The notes beneath the pieces were generated by a model. The model had not been told where the DNA came from and made no database searches. It saw nothing but the letters and a program-made list of their open reading frames with translations. A stretch of DNA of 64,000 bases from a virus. Shown piece by piece: positions 37,300 through 46,700 of the stretch. Where the stretch lies: the IMG/VR virus record IMGVR_UViG_3300025132_008118; one strand, written 5' to 3'. Within the stretch, counting starts at the first letter, position 1; each line of letters begins with the position of its first letter. A program made the position numbers and the translations under genes.

Positions 37300-38879
37300 T
37301 GAGAAGTGATTATATTAAAAATAATTTAAACGGTGCAGAAGCTAAAGCAAATTCATATAAAATTGATGGTCAATTTTATTATATAAGAGCTGTTTTAGTT
37401 AATCCTGATGGTGATAGATTGGATCTATCAAAAGGTGCACTTTATAATATATCATTAGTAGATAATTTAGTTGACCCTTTTTTGAAAGCAGAAATAATGT
37501 TGTATAATGATAATCATGCTATTGAAAGAACAGTACCAACTTCTGAAAATTATCAAAAAGGATTTACATTTAGAGGAGATGGTAGAGATGTTATATTTTT
37601 AGAGATTATACCTCTTAAAAGTATAAAAGAAAGTTATAGGTTGGAAGAATCAGCGGAATATAATGTAGTTTTTTCTTTAAGGAACTTATTTACAGTCGTC
37701 GAAGATACTGATACTATTATAGAAGGAACTTTATACAAAAAATTAAAGTTGTATGATTTAGATGAAAGAAAATTACTAGAAAAGAATATATATTTTAACT
37801 CGATCAATACAATAAATTTTAATGAAAGCAATACTTTATCTGCTGTACCACTTTTTAACTTAGATAATGACGAAAGAGGAAATAATACAGGTATAATGCT
37901 TAGAGAATTATTAAAATTTACATTAAAACAAGGAGATGAGGATATATTCTACACAGAGAAACGAGGGAGACGGAATGGGTCTGAAGCAATAAGTTATGTA
38001 GATTTTGAAAACGGAGCTACGTCAGTTAATTATAGTAGTAATACATATAAAAAGGCAATTGATGATTTTAATTATCTGTATGATTTACATGTTAGTAATT
38101 TAGATACCAAGGATTATAGTATACTAAAAAAAGATTATTTTACTGGTAAATATACATTAATAAACATGAAGAGTTTTTTTGATAGAGCTAACGATGGAGA
38201 TCAAAGTGGTACATATACAATTGAAAAAATAAATATTTCCGGTGCTGGTACTAGTAAAGTTAGTAATCAAGGAGGTAAAACAGCTAAAAATACTCCAGAA
38301 TTTAATGAAAAGAGTCAAGCTTTAAACGTTAGATTTTTTAATACTAGTTTTGATATATTAAACGAACAGGTCAATACTAAATTAGTACATGAATATAATT
38401 TTGAAGATAAAACATTTAATATTTTGCAAAGTGATAGTAATATAAATAATTCTAAAGAAAAATTTACTAATAATTATGTTCAGAATATGAAAGGGGAAAA
38501 CCAACCGTACCCATCTCAAATTAACACTAACCTTAAAAAATTAAATTTTAACTATGAAAATGTTTATAATTTATACGGTGGTAATGAAAATGTACGATTA
38601 GGTAAAGGTTTAAATCGACTTTTAAAGAGTACTTTAATGTCTAATTTAGGGGTTGAAGTTACATTAAAAGGTCAAATGTTTAGGAGATCAGGAAAGTTTA
38701 TAACTATTGATAGAGCTAGTCTAGATCCAAAAAATAAATTTGATGATAAATTTCTAGGCACGTACTTTATAATTAATGTAGAACATACTTTTATAAAAGA
38801 TGATTTATATATTAATAAGTTATACGCAGTTAAAACATATTATTTTAATGACTTAAAATTTAATGAGAATCTAGATTAA
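37299..38879 (+). CDS. Baseplate hub protein (gp27-like)
   Basis: 526 aa after gp53; C-terminal VTLKG...RSGKFITI, LG.YFIINVEHTF. Confidence 0.55.
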   Translation: MRSDYIKNNLNGAEAKANSYKIDGQFYYIRAVLVNPDGDRLDLSKGALYNISLVDNLVDPFLKAEIMLYNDNHAIERTVPTSENYQKGFTFRGDGRDVIFLEIIPLKSIKESYRLEESAEYNVVFSLRNLFTVVEDTDTIIEGTLYKKLKLYDLDERKLLEKNIYFNSINTINFNESNTLSAVPLFNLDNDERGNNTGIMLRELLKFTLKQGDEDIFYTEKRGRRNGSEAISYVDFENGATSVNYSSNTYKKAIDDFNYLYDLHVSNLDTKDYSILKKDYFTGKYTLINMKSFFDRANDGDQSGTYTIEKINISGAGTSKVSNQGGKTAKNTPEFNEKSQALNVRFFNTSFDILNEQVNTKLVHEYNFEDKTFNILQSDSNINNSKEKFTNNYVQNMKGENQPYPSQINTNLKKLNFNYENVYNLYGGNENVRLGKGLNRLLKSTLMSNLGVEVTLKGQMFRRSGKFITIDRASLDPKNKFDDKFLGTYFIINVEHTFIKDDLYINKLYAVKTYYFNDLKFNENLD

Positions 38880-39754
38880 TGGCAACTAATAAAAAAAATA
38901 TTCTACCAGAACTTGCAGATACCGTGGTAAACGGTAATATTAGTTTCTATGAAAGTAGTTCAGAACTATTAAAAATTTTTAAAGATGTATCTTTAGATGT
39001 TGTTAATTTTTTTATTGAATTAGACGATACTAGGAGTTCAGATAACGTTATTAAAGATTTAACCCAAAAATATATTGATTTAAACAATAAAAAGTTACTA
39101 ATAAACAAAAGTGAATTACCAAATAATTTTAAATTATATTTAAATGAAAAATTTCAAAATTTACTATACCTATTTAAAGTTACAATACTAAAAAATGTAG
39201 ATAATATTGATGAAAGTATTTTTTCTGCATATTCAGATGATATCGGAATGACATTAGAAGTAAATCATAATTTAGGTTTAACCAATACCCCAATATTTGA
39301 TACGCTATATAATTTAGAATCAAGTGGTCCCCCTATTACTATACCGCCTATAATGTATAATAAAGTTAGTAAACAATTATTGAAAAATTTTAAAAAAATG
39401 TCTTTAAAAAACGATGCATTATTAAAAAGAAATCTTCGTAGTATAGCTGGTTATGGTCAAGAAAATATTTCTAAAACACCACACGGGGCTAATTTAGTCT
39501 ATGACAATTTTGTATCTACAACTAAAAAAGAAATTACTAATTTAAAGACAAGCAAAATATTTCAAGTTTTTGGAGAAAATCTAGGAGATCTTATTACATT
39601 TTATAAAAATTTAAATATACGAGAACAACCAGACAATAAAGCATATTTAGTTAGTTACGAAAATAATATTGAAGGGGTTCAAAATATTCTAGATATGTTT
39701 AATAATAATTTGTATACAACTACAACTATTAATACTACTTTTTCTGGGGTTTAA
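38879..39754 (+). CDS. Hypothetical protein
   Basis: 291-aa ORF coupled by TAATG. Confidence 0.5.
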   Translation: MATNKKNILPELADTVVNGNISFYESSSELLKIFKDVSLDVVNFFIELDDTRSSDNVIKDLTQKYIDLNNKKLLINKSELPNNFKLYLNEKFQNLLYLFKVTILKNVDNIDESIFSAYSDDIGMTLEVNHNLGLTNTPIFDTLYNLESSGPPITIPPIMYNKVSKQLLKNFKKMSLKNDALLKRNLRSIAGYGQENISKTPHGANLVYDNFVSTTKKEITNLKTSKIFQVFGENLGDLITFYKNLNIREQPDNKAYLVSYENNIEGVQNILDMFNNNLYTTTTINTTFSGV

Positions 39755-40209
39755 TTACCACTTACATCAGCATCAATTACTTTAGCATCATCAATTAATT
39801 GTTTGAGTAATTCTTCTCTATTTATAGTTAGACCTACCTGTTCATTACTTTTATCTTGTAATTCTTTTTTGCTTTGTATATCCATTTCTTTAACTTGTAT
39901 CTTAGCTTCGTTAGCTTTATCTTGTAATAGAATTTTATTTAAACTCTCAATGGCTGATGCAGAAGCACCAATTAGTTTACTTAAAGCATCTACATCTCTT
40001 GAATCTGGGGCTGAAGTAATAAATTGCTTGACATCCTCAACGTAATCAACACTACCTTTAATTAGTTTTCCAGAATATTGTAGTAAAAAATCTTCTAATT
40101 TTTCTTTATCAAGATTAAAATCTTGCTTTTCTAATTCTTTTTTTGCAACGTTTACACCCTTTAATTGTGAGAGTAAATCATCAACAACAATATCTACATC
40201 ATCATTCAT
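39751..40209 (-). CDS. gp16: Terminase small subunit (gp16-like)
   Basis: KLI..S...APDSRDVDALSKLI...A.AIESLNK matches the gp16 helical core; late box at 40218. Confidence 0.6.
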   Translation of the reverse strand: MNDDVDIVVDDLLSQLKGVNVAKKELEKQDFNLDKEKLEDFLLQYSGKLIKGSVDYVEDVKQFITSAPDSRDVDALSKLIGASASAIESLNKILLQDKANEAKIQVKEMDIQSKKELQDKSNEQVGLTINREELLKQLIDDAKVIDADVSGN

Positions 40210-40232
40210 TGTAAAAATATTTATTGCTGAAG

Positions 40233-40260
40233 TTGAATAATTAAACTAATATAGTATAAT
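40233..40260 (+). promoter_or_regulatory. sigma70-type promoter TTGAAT-N16-TATAAT
   Basis: dUTPase ATG 6 nt downstream. Confidence 0.65.
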
Positions 40261-40266
40261 AGAGAT

Positions 40267-40731
40267 ATGGATAATGTAGTTATAAAGTTTGTTAAAACGC
40301 ATGAAGATGCTAAATTACCTACTAAAGCTCATCAAGGAGATAATTGTTTCGATTTATATGCAGTGGAAGATACTGTAATTCCTAGAGGTACTTATGGTCC
40401 GGTAGATGATATTAAAATAGGTAGTGCAATTGTACCAGTAGGTATTACAGTTGGTTATATTTCAGAAGGATACGGCTTTGTTTTGAGACCTAAGTCAGGT
40501 TTAGGTTTTAAAGCTGGGTTACAACCTCATTTAGGTGAAATTGATAATGGGTATCGTGGAGATTGCGCAGTAAAAATGTATAATTTTTCAAATAAAGATT
40601 ATACCTATAATAAAGGTGATAAAGTAGCACAAATTAAAATAGAAAAAATTTATGATACTACAATTGAGTGGTCTGATAGTATTGAAGAGGCAAAACGTGG
40701 GGATGCAGGCTTCGGGTCATCAGGTAAATAG
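40267..40731 (+). CDS. dut: Trimeric dUTPase
   Basis: FDLYA, RPKSGLG, GEIDNGYRGD, KVAQ, RGDAGFGSSG. Confidence 0.93.
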   Translation: MDNVVIKFVKTHEDAKLPTKAHQGDNCFDLYAVEDTVIPRGTYGPVDDIKIGSAIVPVGITVGYISEGYGFVLRPKSGLGFKAGLQPHLGEIDNGYRGDCAVKMYNFSNKDYTYNKGDKVAQIKIEKIYDTTIEWSDSIEEAKRGDAGFGSSGK

Positions 40732-40751
40732 GAACTTTGATATAATAGATT

Positions 40752-40859
40752 ATGGGGAAAGTAACAAGACAAAAGATAACCGAAAGAAAAGTAGGTAATG
40801 CGAAGGTGAGAAAGACGGTAACTGTAACAGTTACAAAGCCATCAAAAAGAAAAAAATAA
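40752..40859 (+). CDS. 35-aa basic peptide absent from the ORF track (MGKVTRQKITERKVGNAKVRKTVTVTVTKPSKRKK)
   Basis: Extended -10 TGATATAAT (40738-40746) 5 nt upstream; its TAA overlaps the clamp-loader ATG (TAATG). Confidence 0.55.
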   Translation: MGKVTRQKITERKVGNAKVRKTVTVTVTKPSKRKK

Positions 40860-41773
40860 TGTTTAATAACTTATACGTTGAAAAGTATAGACCTAAAACA
40901 TTATCAGATTTGGTATTATCTGATAGTAATAGAAAGTATTTTGAATCTATTACCGAAGAAATACCAAATCTGCTTTTCGTTGGTACACCTGGTTTAGGTA
41001 AGACTACATTAGCTAGAATATTAGTAAATGATATATTGGAGTGCCAATATCTGTATATCAATGCTTCAGATGAAAATGGTATAGATACCATACGCTCTAA
41101 GGTAGTTGGCTTTAGTCAGACTAAGTCTCTCGATGGGAAACATAAAGTAGTCATACTAGATGAGGCTGACGGTATTACCATTGACGGGCAACGCGCACTA
41201 CGTAATACAATGGAGGAATACAGTAGTATGACTCGATTTATACTTACAGCTAACTATAAGCATAAAATTATACCTGCCATTCAAAGTAGAACTCAATTCT
41301 TTGATCTAACTCCACCGTTTGATGATGTTGTCAAACGTGTTATCGATATTGTAAAGCAGGAAGGTATTAAGATTGAAACTGATCAGAAACCTAATTTTGT
41401 AAATCTAATAAAACAAAGTTACCCTGATATTCGTAAGGTATTAAATAGTATTCAAAAAGCTACTATAGGTAATATCTTTACAGTTGATCATAGCGTTGAT
41501 AGTAAAGAGATAGTTAACGTTATCCACAAGCATATTGTATCTAAAGATTCTTTAAAACTTAGAAAGTATCTAATTGAAAACGAGAACGAGTTTCAGGGCG
41601 ATTATCATAACTTAATGAAGCAGTACTTAAATTATGTATATACTTCTAGTTTGGATGACAATAAAAAACGTCAATATATAGTGACTATTTCAGATCACAT
41701 GTATAAAGACGTATTTGTATTAGATAAAGAGATTAATGCTTTTGCATGCTGGGTTAATCTTGAGAAAATTTAA
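40859..41773 (+). CDS. gp44: Clamp loader AAA+ subunit (gp44/RFC-like)
   Basis: VEKYRPKTL, GTPGLGKTT, INASDENGIDTIR, ILDEAD, QRALRNTMEE, SRT. Confidence 0.93.
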   Translation: MFNNLYVEKYRPKTLSDLVLSDSNRKYFESITEEIPNLLFVGTPGLGKTTLARILVNDILECQYLYINASDENGIDTIRSKVVGFSQTKSLDGKHKVVILDEADGITIDGQRALRNTMEEYSSMTRFILTANYKHKIIPAIQSRTQFFDLTPPFDDVVKRVIDIVKQEGIKIETDQKPNFVNLIKQSYPDIRKVLNSIQKATIGNIFTVDHSVDSKEIVNVIHKHIVSKDSLKLRKYLIENENEFQGDYHNLMKQYLNYVYTSSLDDNKKRQYIVTISDHMYKDVFVLDKEINAFACWVNLEKI

Positions 41774-41784
41774 TAAATAATTAA

Positions 41785-42237
41785 ATGAAGGATGATTTAC
41801 ACCTTATCGCTGAACAATATGATATAGTTTTAAACGAAGCGGCCGAGACTGAGCGAAGAAAACGTAATGCAATTGACAATCTTCAAACAGCTCTAGATGT
41901 AATTGGTCTGGACCCCCTCTTCCAAGTCGGAACTACTGCGGATTTAGTAAATTTTGTAATATCTGGACTCAGATCAGGATTAGCTTTAGCAAAAAAAGAG
42001 AATGATATAGCTAAAGAACATGCAATTAACGCTGGTATATCCGCTATATCTTTAATACCATTTGCAGATGTAATTAAGATATTAAAATTCCGTAAATTAG
42101 GTAAACTAAAACGCCCAGCGACAAAGCTAGCTGTTCAAGGTGGTAAAGCTGCTAAAGCATATGGTGCGAAGAAAAAACTAGAAAGAATTGCTAATGCTAA
42201 ATCTGAAAAATCGGATCAAGATAGTATCGATATTTAG
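41785..42237 (+). CDS. Late protein with a pre-toxin-TG-like hydrophobic hairpin
   Basis: TAAATA 5 nt upstream; LDVIGLDP..GTTADLVN...AGISAISLIPF. Confidence 0.5.
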   Translation: MKDDLHLIAEQYDIVLNEAAETERRKRNAIDNLQTALDVIGLDPLFQVGTTADLVNFVISGLRSGLALAKKENDIAKEHAINAGISAISLIPFADVIKILKFRKLGKLKRPATKLAVQGGKAAKAYGAKKKLERIANAKSEKSDQDSIDI

Positions 42238-42785
42238 ATTAAAATAAAAGCTAATACCGCTAGTCCAGCTCCTGTTTTTGAATCAAGGAATGAACCGGTT
42301 TTGTCTAAAAGTTCAACCCACCAAGATGGTTCTTTAGATGGGTATTTTTCTGCTAGATCGTCCGCTAAAGTCTTTTTCAAGCGAAGAATTTCTGACTCAG
42401 GAAGATCATCTCCCTTTTCTGCTATTTCAGCTAATCTAATTTCTTTTTCGTACTTCTTTTCAAAATCTACTTCATCATTAAACTCTTCTAACCTTTCCTT
42501 ATTTTTTCCTATAATATAATTTATAGCTTTACCTAAAATTCTAGCTCCTATAAATATCGAAGCAGTTACAGCAATACCTTCAAGAACAACTCCTGTAAAT
42601 TCTTTAATCTTTCCCCAGACGAACCCGGTCGGATCACTCACCACATCGAATACTCCCTTAGCCCCTTCAACTGGCGCAGTTCCCGCAGAAGCTGGGAAAG
42701 GCATAAACGGCATATACTCTAATAAAACTTTTTGAAACTCAGCTTCTGCTTTTGCATCTTCGTGAAACTCTTGAAAAGTTTTCAT
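42234..42785 (-). CDS. Putative internal head protein with hydrophobic segments
   Basis: MKTFQEFHE N-terminus, similar to T4 internal-protein targeting peptides; hydrophobic middle and C-terminus. Confidence 0.55.
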   Translation of the reverse strand: MKTFQEFHEDAKAEAEFQKVLLEYMPFMPFPASAGTAPVEGAKGVFDVVSDPTGFVWGKIKEFTGVVLEGIAVTASIFIGARILGKAINYIIGKNKERLEEFNDEVDFEKKYEKEIRLAEIAEKGDDLPESEILRLKKTLADDLAEKYPSKEPSWWVELLDKTGSFLDSKTGAGLAVLAFILI

Positions 42786-43366
42786 TAACCTTCAATTGGC
42801 ATATACTGCGAAGTATAATTTTCATTAACTGCAGGTGATTTAGTCGCTGGGGATGAAGGAATCTTAGTATTTTGTGTTGGATTTGACATTTCCGTTTTCT
42901 TAAGGCTATTACCTTGCTGTGTCATAGTTTGTTGCTGCTCTTCATTTTCTTCTGGTTCTTTAGGATCAATTTGCACTTTATTATGATACTCAGTATCAGG
43001 GTCTTTCGGTGTTCTGTTAATACCAGTATCAATAGGCTCTAGCATATCACTCGTAACGGTAACTTGGCCTTGCTGGTCAGTCAAACCATTAGCTATTTCT
43101 TTTGCTACTGTAATATAGAAAAAATTACCCCTATTATCACTATTGCCTGGGGCAGAGGAAGGGTATTCGGTAGATATACTTTTTACTTTATAATTACCTT
43201 CTGAGTCAAAATAGTCATCAATATATTTTTGTTGTTCTTTATTTTGGGATTTGTAGCCTTCTTTAGATTTATAATCGCTAGCTAATTTAACTAAACCACC
43301 AGTAGTAAAGCCGCTATTCATCTTTTTTTGAATATTTTCTATTAAATTTAAGAATTTTTTTGCCAT
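42785..43366 (-). CDS. Hypothetical late protein
   Basis: MAKKFLNLIE; TAAATA boxes at 43371 and 43377. Confidence 0.5.
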   Translation of the reverse strand: MAKKFLNLIENIQKKMNSGFTTGGLVKLASDYKSKEGYKSQNKEQQKYIDDYFDSEGNYKVKSISTEYPSSAPGNSDNRGNFFYITVAKEIANGLTDQQGQVTVTSDMLEPIDTGINRTPKDPDTEYHNKVQIDPKEPEENEEQQQTMTQQGNSLKKTEMSNPTQNTKIPSSPATKSPAVNENYTSQYMPIEG

Positions 43367-43446
43367 AATATATTTATATTTATGTTGTCTAATAGTTTTT
43401 TCTATCTTTTTCCGGTGAAACTATATTAGTTTAAAAAAGTATCAGG

Positions 43447-43454
43447 TATAAATA
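43447..43454 (+). promoter_or_regulatory. Late promoter TATAAATA
   Basis: 5 nt before the ATG at 43460. Confidence 0.72.
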
Positions 43455-43459
43455 TTCAT

Positions 43460-43783
43460 ATGGCATGGTTGTTTACAGCAAGTACTATTATTATTAATCT
43501 ATCATCAGCCGCAAGTTACGGCTCATCAGAGTTTCCTGGTAATAATCCAACTATCAATTTATCATTAAATGCAAACTATGATATAAATATACTACCCAGT
43601 ACGTTTGATACCGCTATTAGAAATGGTATAAGTGATACAAGTGTTGTAACGGGGGTATATAACAACGATCCAACTTCCGGTATTACCAACAAAACTTTAA
43701 TGTGGACGCCTAAAATAGCAGGTACCTATTATTATGTAAATACTAATAACACATCTATTAACGGTCAAATTATAGTAAGCTAA
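43460..43783 (+). CDS. Small beta-sandwich (cupredoxin-like) virion protein
   Basis: WTPKIAGTYYY...NGQIIV pattern; no Cys/His/Met metal ligands. Confidence 0.4.
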   Translation: MAWLFTASTIIINLSSAASYGSSEFPGNNPTINLSLNANYDINILPSTFDTAIRNGISDTSVVTGVYNNDPTSGITNKTLMWTPKIAGTYYYVNTNNTSINGQIIVS

Positions 43784-46700
43784 TGAATATTGAAGAATTA
43801 AGAGAAAAATTATCAAAGGTAGATTTACTATCAGCATACCCATTCGTAAATGGTTATGGTATTTCCGCTAAAACTAATAAAGAAACAAATAATGATGAAC
43901 TAGTAGTTCAATTTAATGTATCAAAAAAACTTGATAGTTCATTAATATCTCAAGATTATTTTTTACCGAGCACTTTATCTGCTCATGGAATAGATATTAA
44001 AACTAAGGTTACCGGTCAGTCTAAGCCTTCAACAAAATTTGAGTTCGATTATTTACCAACTGAAGAAATTGATTATATTAAAAAAATAAGTAAGGATGAT
44101 ATTGATACCTTAATTGAAGTTAATGAAATTGAACATGAATTAATGTGTGATATGGGTCAAGATTTTTACGATGCATCCAAACTATACAAGGCAACATTAG
44201 TTAGTTATTTTAATGATCAAAGCACGATAAATGAAAATCATAAGAAATCAAGACCTTTATCTGGAGGTTCCTCATCAATATGGTATGATGGAGGTGGTGA
44301 TGCCACTTTAGGTATTTTGGCGAGGGATAAACAAGATAAATCCATTGTTGCTCTTTCAAATAGCCACGTTTACTCTGATGTACTATTATTAGGTGAAGAA
44401 GCAGCTAAGTATGGAAGAAATAATAATATGTTGTCTTTATCAGCAAGGCAGCCGGGTAGAAATAATTTTGGTAATTTAGATAAAACTGTCGACCATATAG
44501 GTATACCAAAAAGAACTAGTATACTTTCTTTCGATAATTCTAAAAACAATTTTGCTGACGCAGCTATTGTAGAATTATCTTCAACTGTCTTTGATGATAG
44601 TTCTAATTCAGTTATTTATTTTGAAGAAAAAGGACCATATGAATTTGCTACAAATCAAGAAATATATTCTATGGTTGATCCTGGGGCCCCTAATTACCAA
44701 AGCCCAGTTTTTAGAAGTGGTAGAACTTTAGGTCCACTTGGTTTTCCTGGCAATTTACACAAAAAGACAATATTAACAACGTTAAACTCATACAAACATC
44801 CAATTAATTTAACCCCGTTTTTATCAACATCTGACAGTACTAATATATTTAGCCAAGGTTTAAGTTCTATAACGGTAGGAGATACCACTGCTCTTGGCAC
44901 ACGACAAAATACCGGGCATATATTTTACCAAAGCAGAGATAGGACAAAAGTTTATATTACTGGTAGAAAACAAGGTTATATGTATAGAGCTGACTACCCA
45001 AGCGGGGGTGGATATGATATTTTTCCAAATCTTGCACTTTCTGCTGGGGATCAATTAGAATTAGCCATAGAAGATAATAATAAAATTAAAATTTTCGGTA
45101 CGTATGATGGAATGGAAGGAGCTTTCTATGTAAACGATAACGATCAAGTATTTTTTGGAGGTGCAAAACCTCATAATCATCAATATAAGTATGCCGGTCG
45201 TTATACTTTTCGAGAAATAGAGGATGGTTATGGGTATTCAGGGGTTGGTTTATCAGGTAATTTTGTACAACCCTGGACAGAATTAGTTTTAAACGACTCA
45301 GATATTACTACACCTGGTATTAAAAAAGTATATTTTAGTGAAAAGGTAAGTTATATTTTAACCAACAATAATAAACTTTTTGTAAGAGGTGGAAACTTTT
45401 TATATCGACACCCAGTGGGTATTGAAGGGGATGACGCAAACATCATTTACTATAAACATAACAACACTGGTGATTATTATGCAAATAACCCGGCGTTATC
45501 TTCGATTTGGTTAGGACATCAAACAAGTTACCAGTTGTATAATGGTGGTCAAGCAACGGGATACGGCTCGCAGGGAGATTTTTACCCCACGTTTACCCAA
45601 ATCCCTGGAGAATGGTTAGATTTTGCATGTGAGGCTAAGGGGTTATATAATAGTACTAGTCTTACTTTAGCTATATCAGCGAATAATAGATTATGTGCTG
45701 CATATCATACTATCAGTTTAAATGAAGGCCCGGACTACGATATTACCCCAGTTAGACCAACCGGAAGAATAATCCAAGGTTCACGAGTCAATTTGGGAGG
45801 TAGTTATATGATAGAGGGTTTGATTAATGATTTAATCGAGAATAGTTACGATGCTGTATTTTTATCTACCACAGGCGTCGCTTTAACATCAACACATGTT
45901 GAAACTTTGTGCAGTATGGCTTCATTTAATTTTACTGATAATGTTATACCAATTGTAATAGATGGGAATGAAGTATTCGTTAAAGAGATATTAACGAAAG
46001 AAAAGGGCATTGGCAGTCTTCCACAATATGGCGATCATTATCAAAGATATTTTGAACTGCCAGATTATACTAGTGAGCCCTGGGCTCGCTCTATTGGTTC
46101 CAACTTTCCGGTATACGGTATGCCCCGGAGGAAAGATTTCTCTACCGGTGAAGGTATTAATTTAATATCTGTAAATAATGAATTGATAAATTTGCAAGGT
46201 AGACGGGCAATGTTTGATAGAACCGGGGTTTTTAATAGTAATAACTCGGCGTTTTTAAGTGCCCATGGTGAACCAGTTATATGGAACGAAACATGTAAAA
46301 AGATTGCACCTATTACAAATAATACCGGTTACAGGCGTAATCCAGTGAATCCATTTTTTATATCTGGTGGAGATATTTTTATATACGGTGAAGCTAATTA
46401 TAATTTTTCTGACGCGTCGGTCCTCTGGAGCGAGTTTTGGAGCAAAGCTAATATTTTTGGAAATGATATTCAAGCTCCTTTGAGCGCCGTCTTGGTAGAT
46501 AACTTCCCGCCCCCGACGGCCACACCGGGACGGAGTCTGGCTAATGTTCAGGTTACAAATAATAGTAGTTTTAATCTAGAAAAGTATAGCTTTAAAAACG
46601 CTTTTAAATATGATAATTTTCCAAATTTTGACTTTATATCAGGATTTTTTAATGCCACGGATAACGGATACGTTGACGGTATTTGTAAATCTTCTATAGT

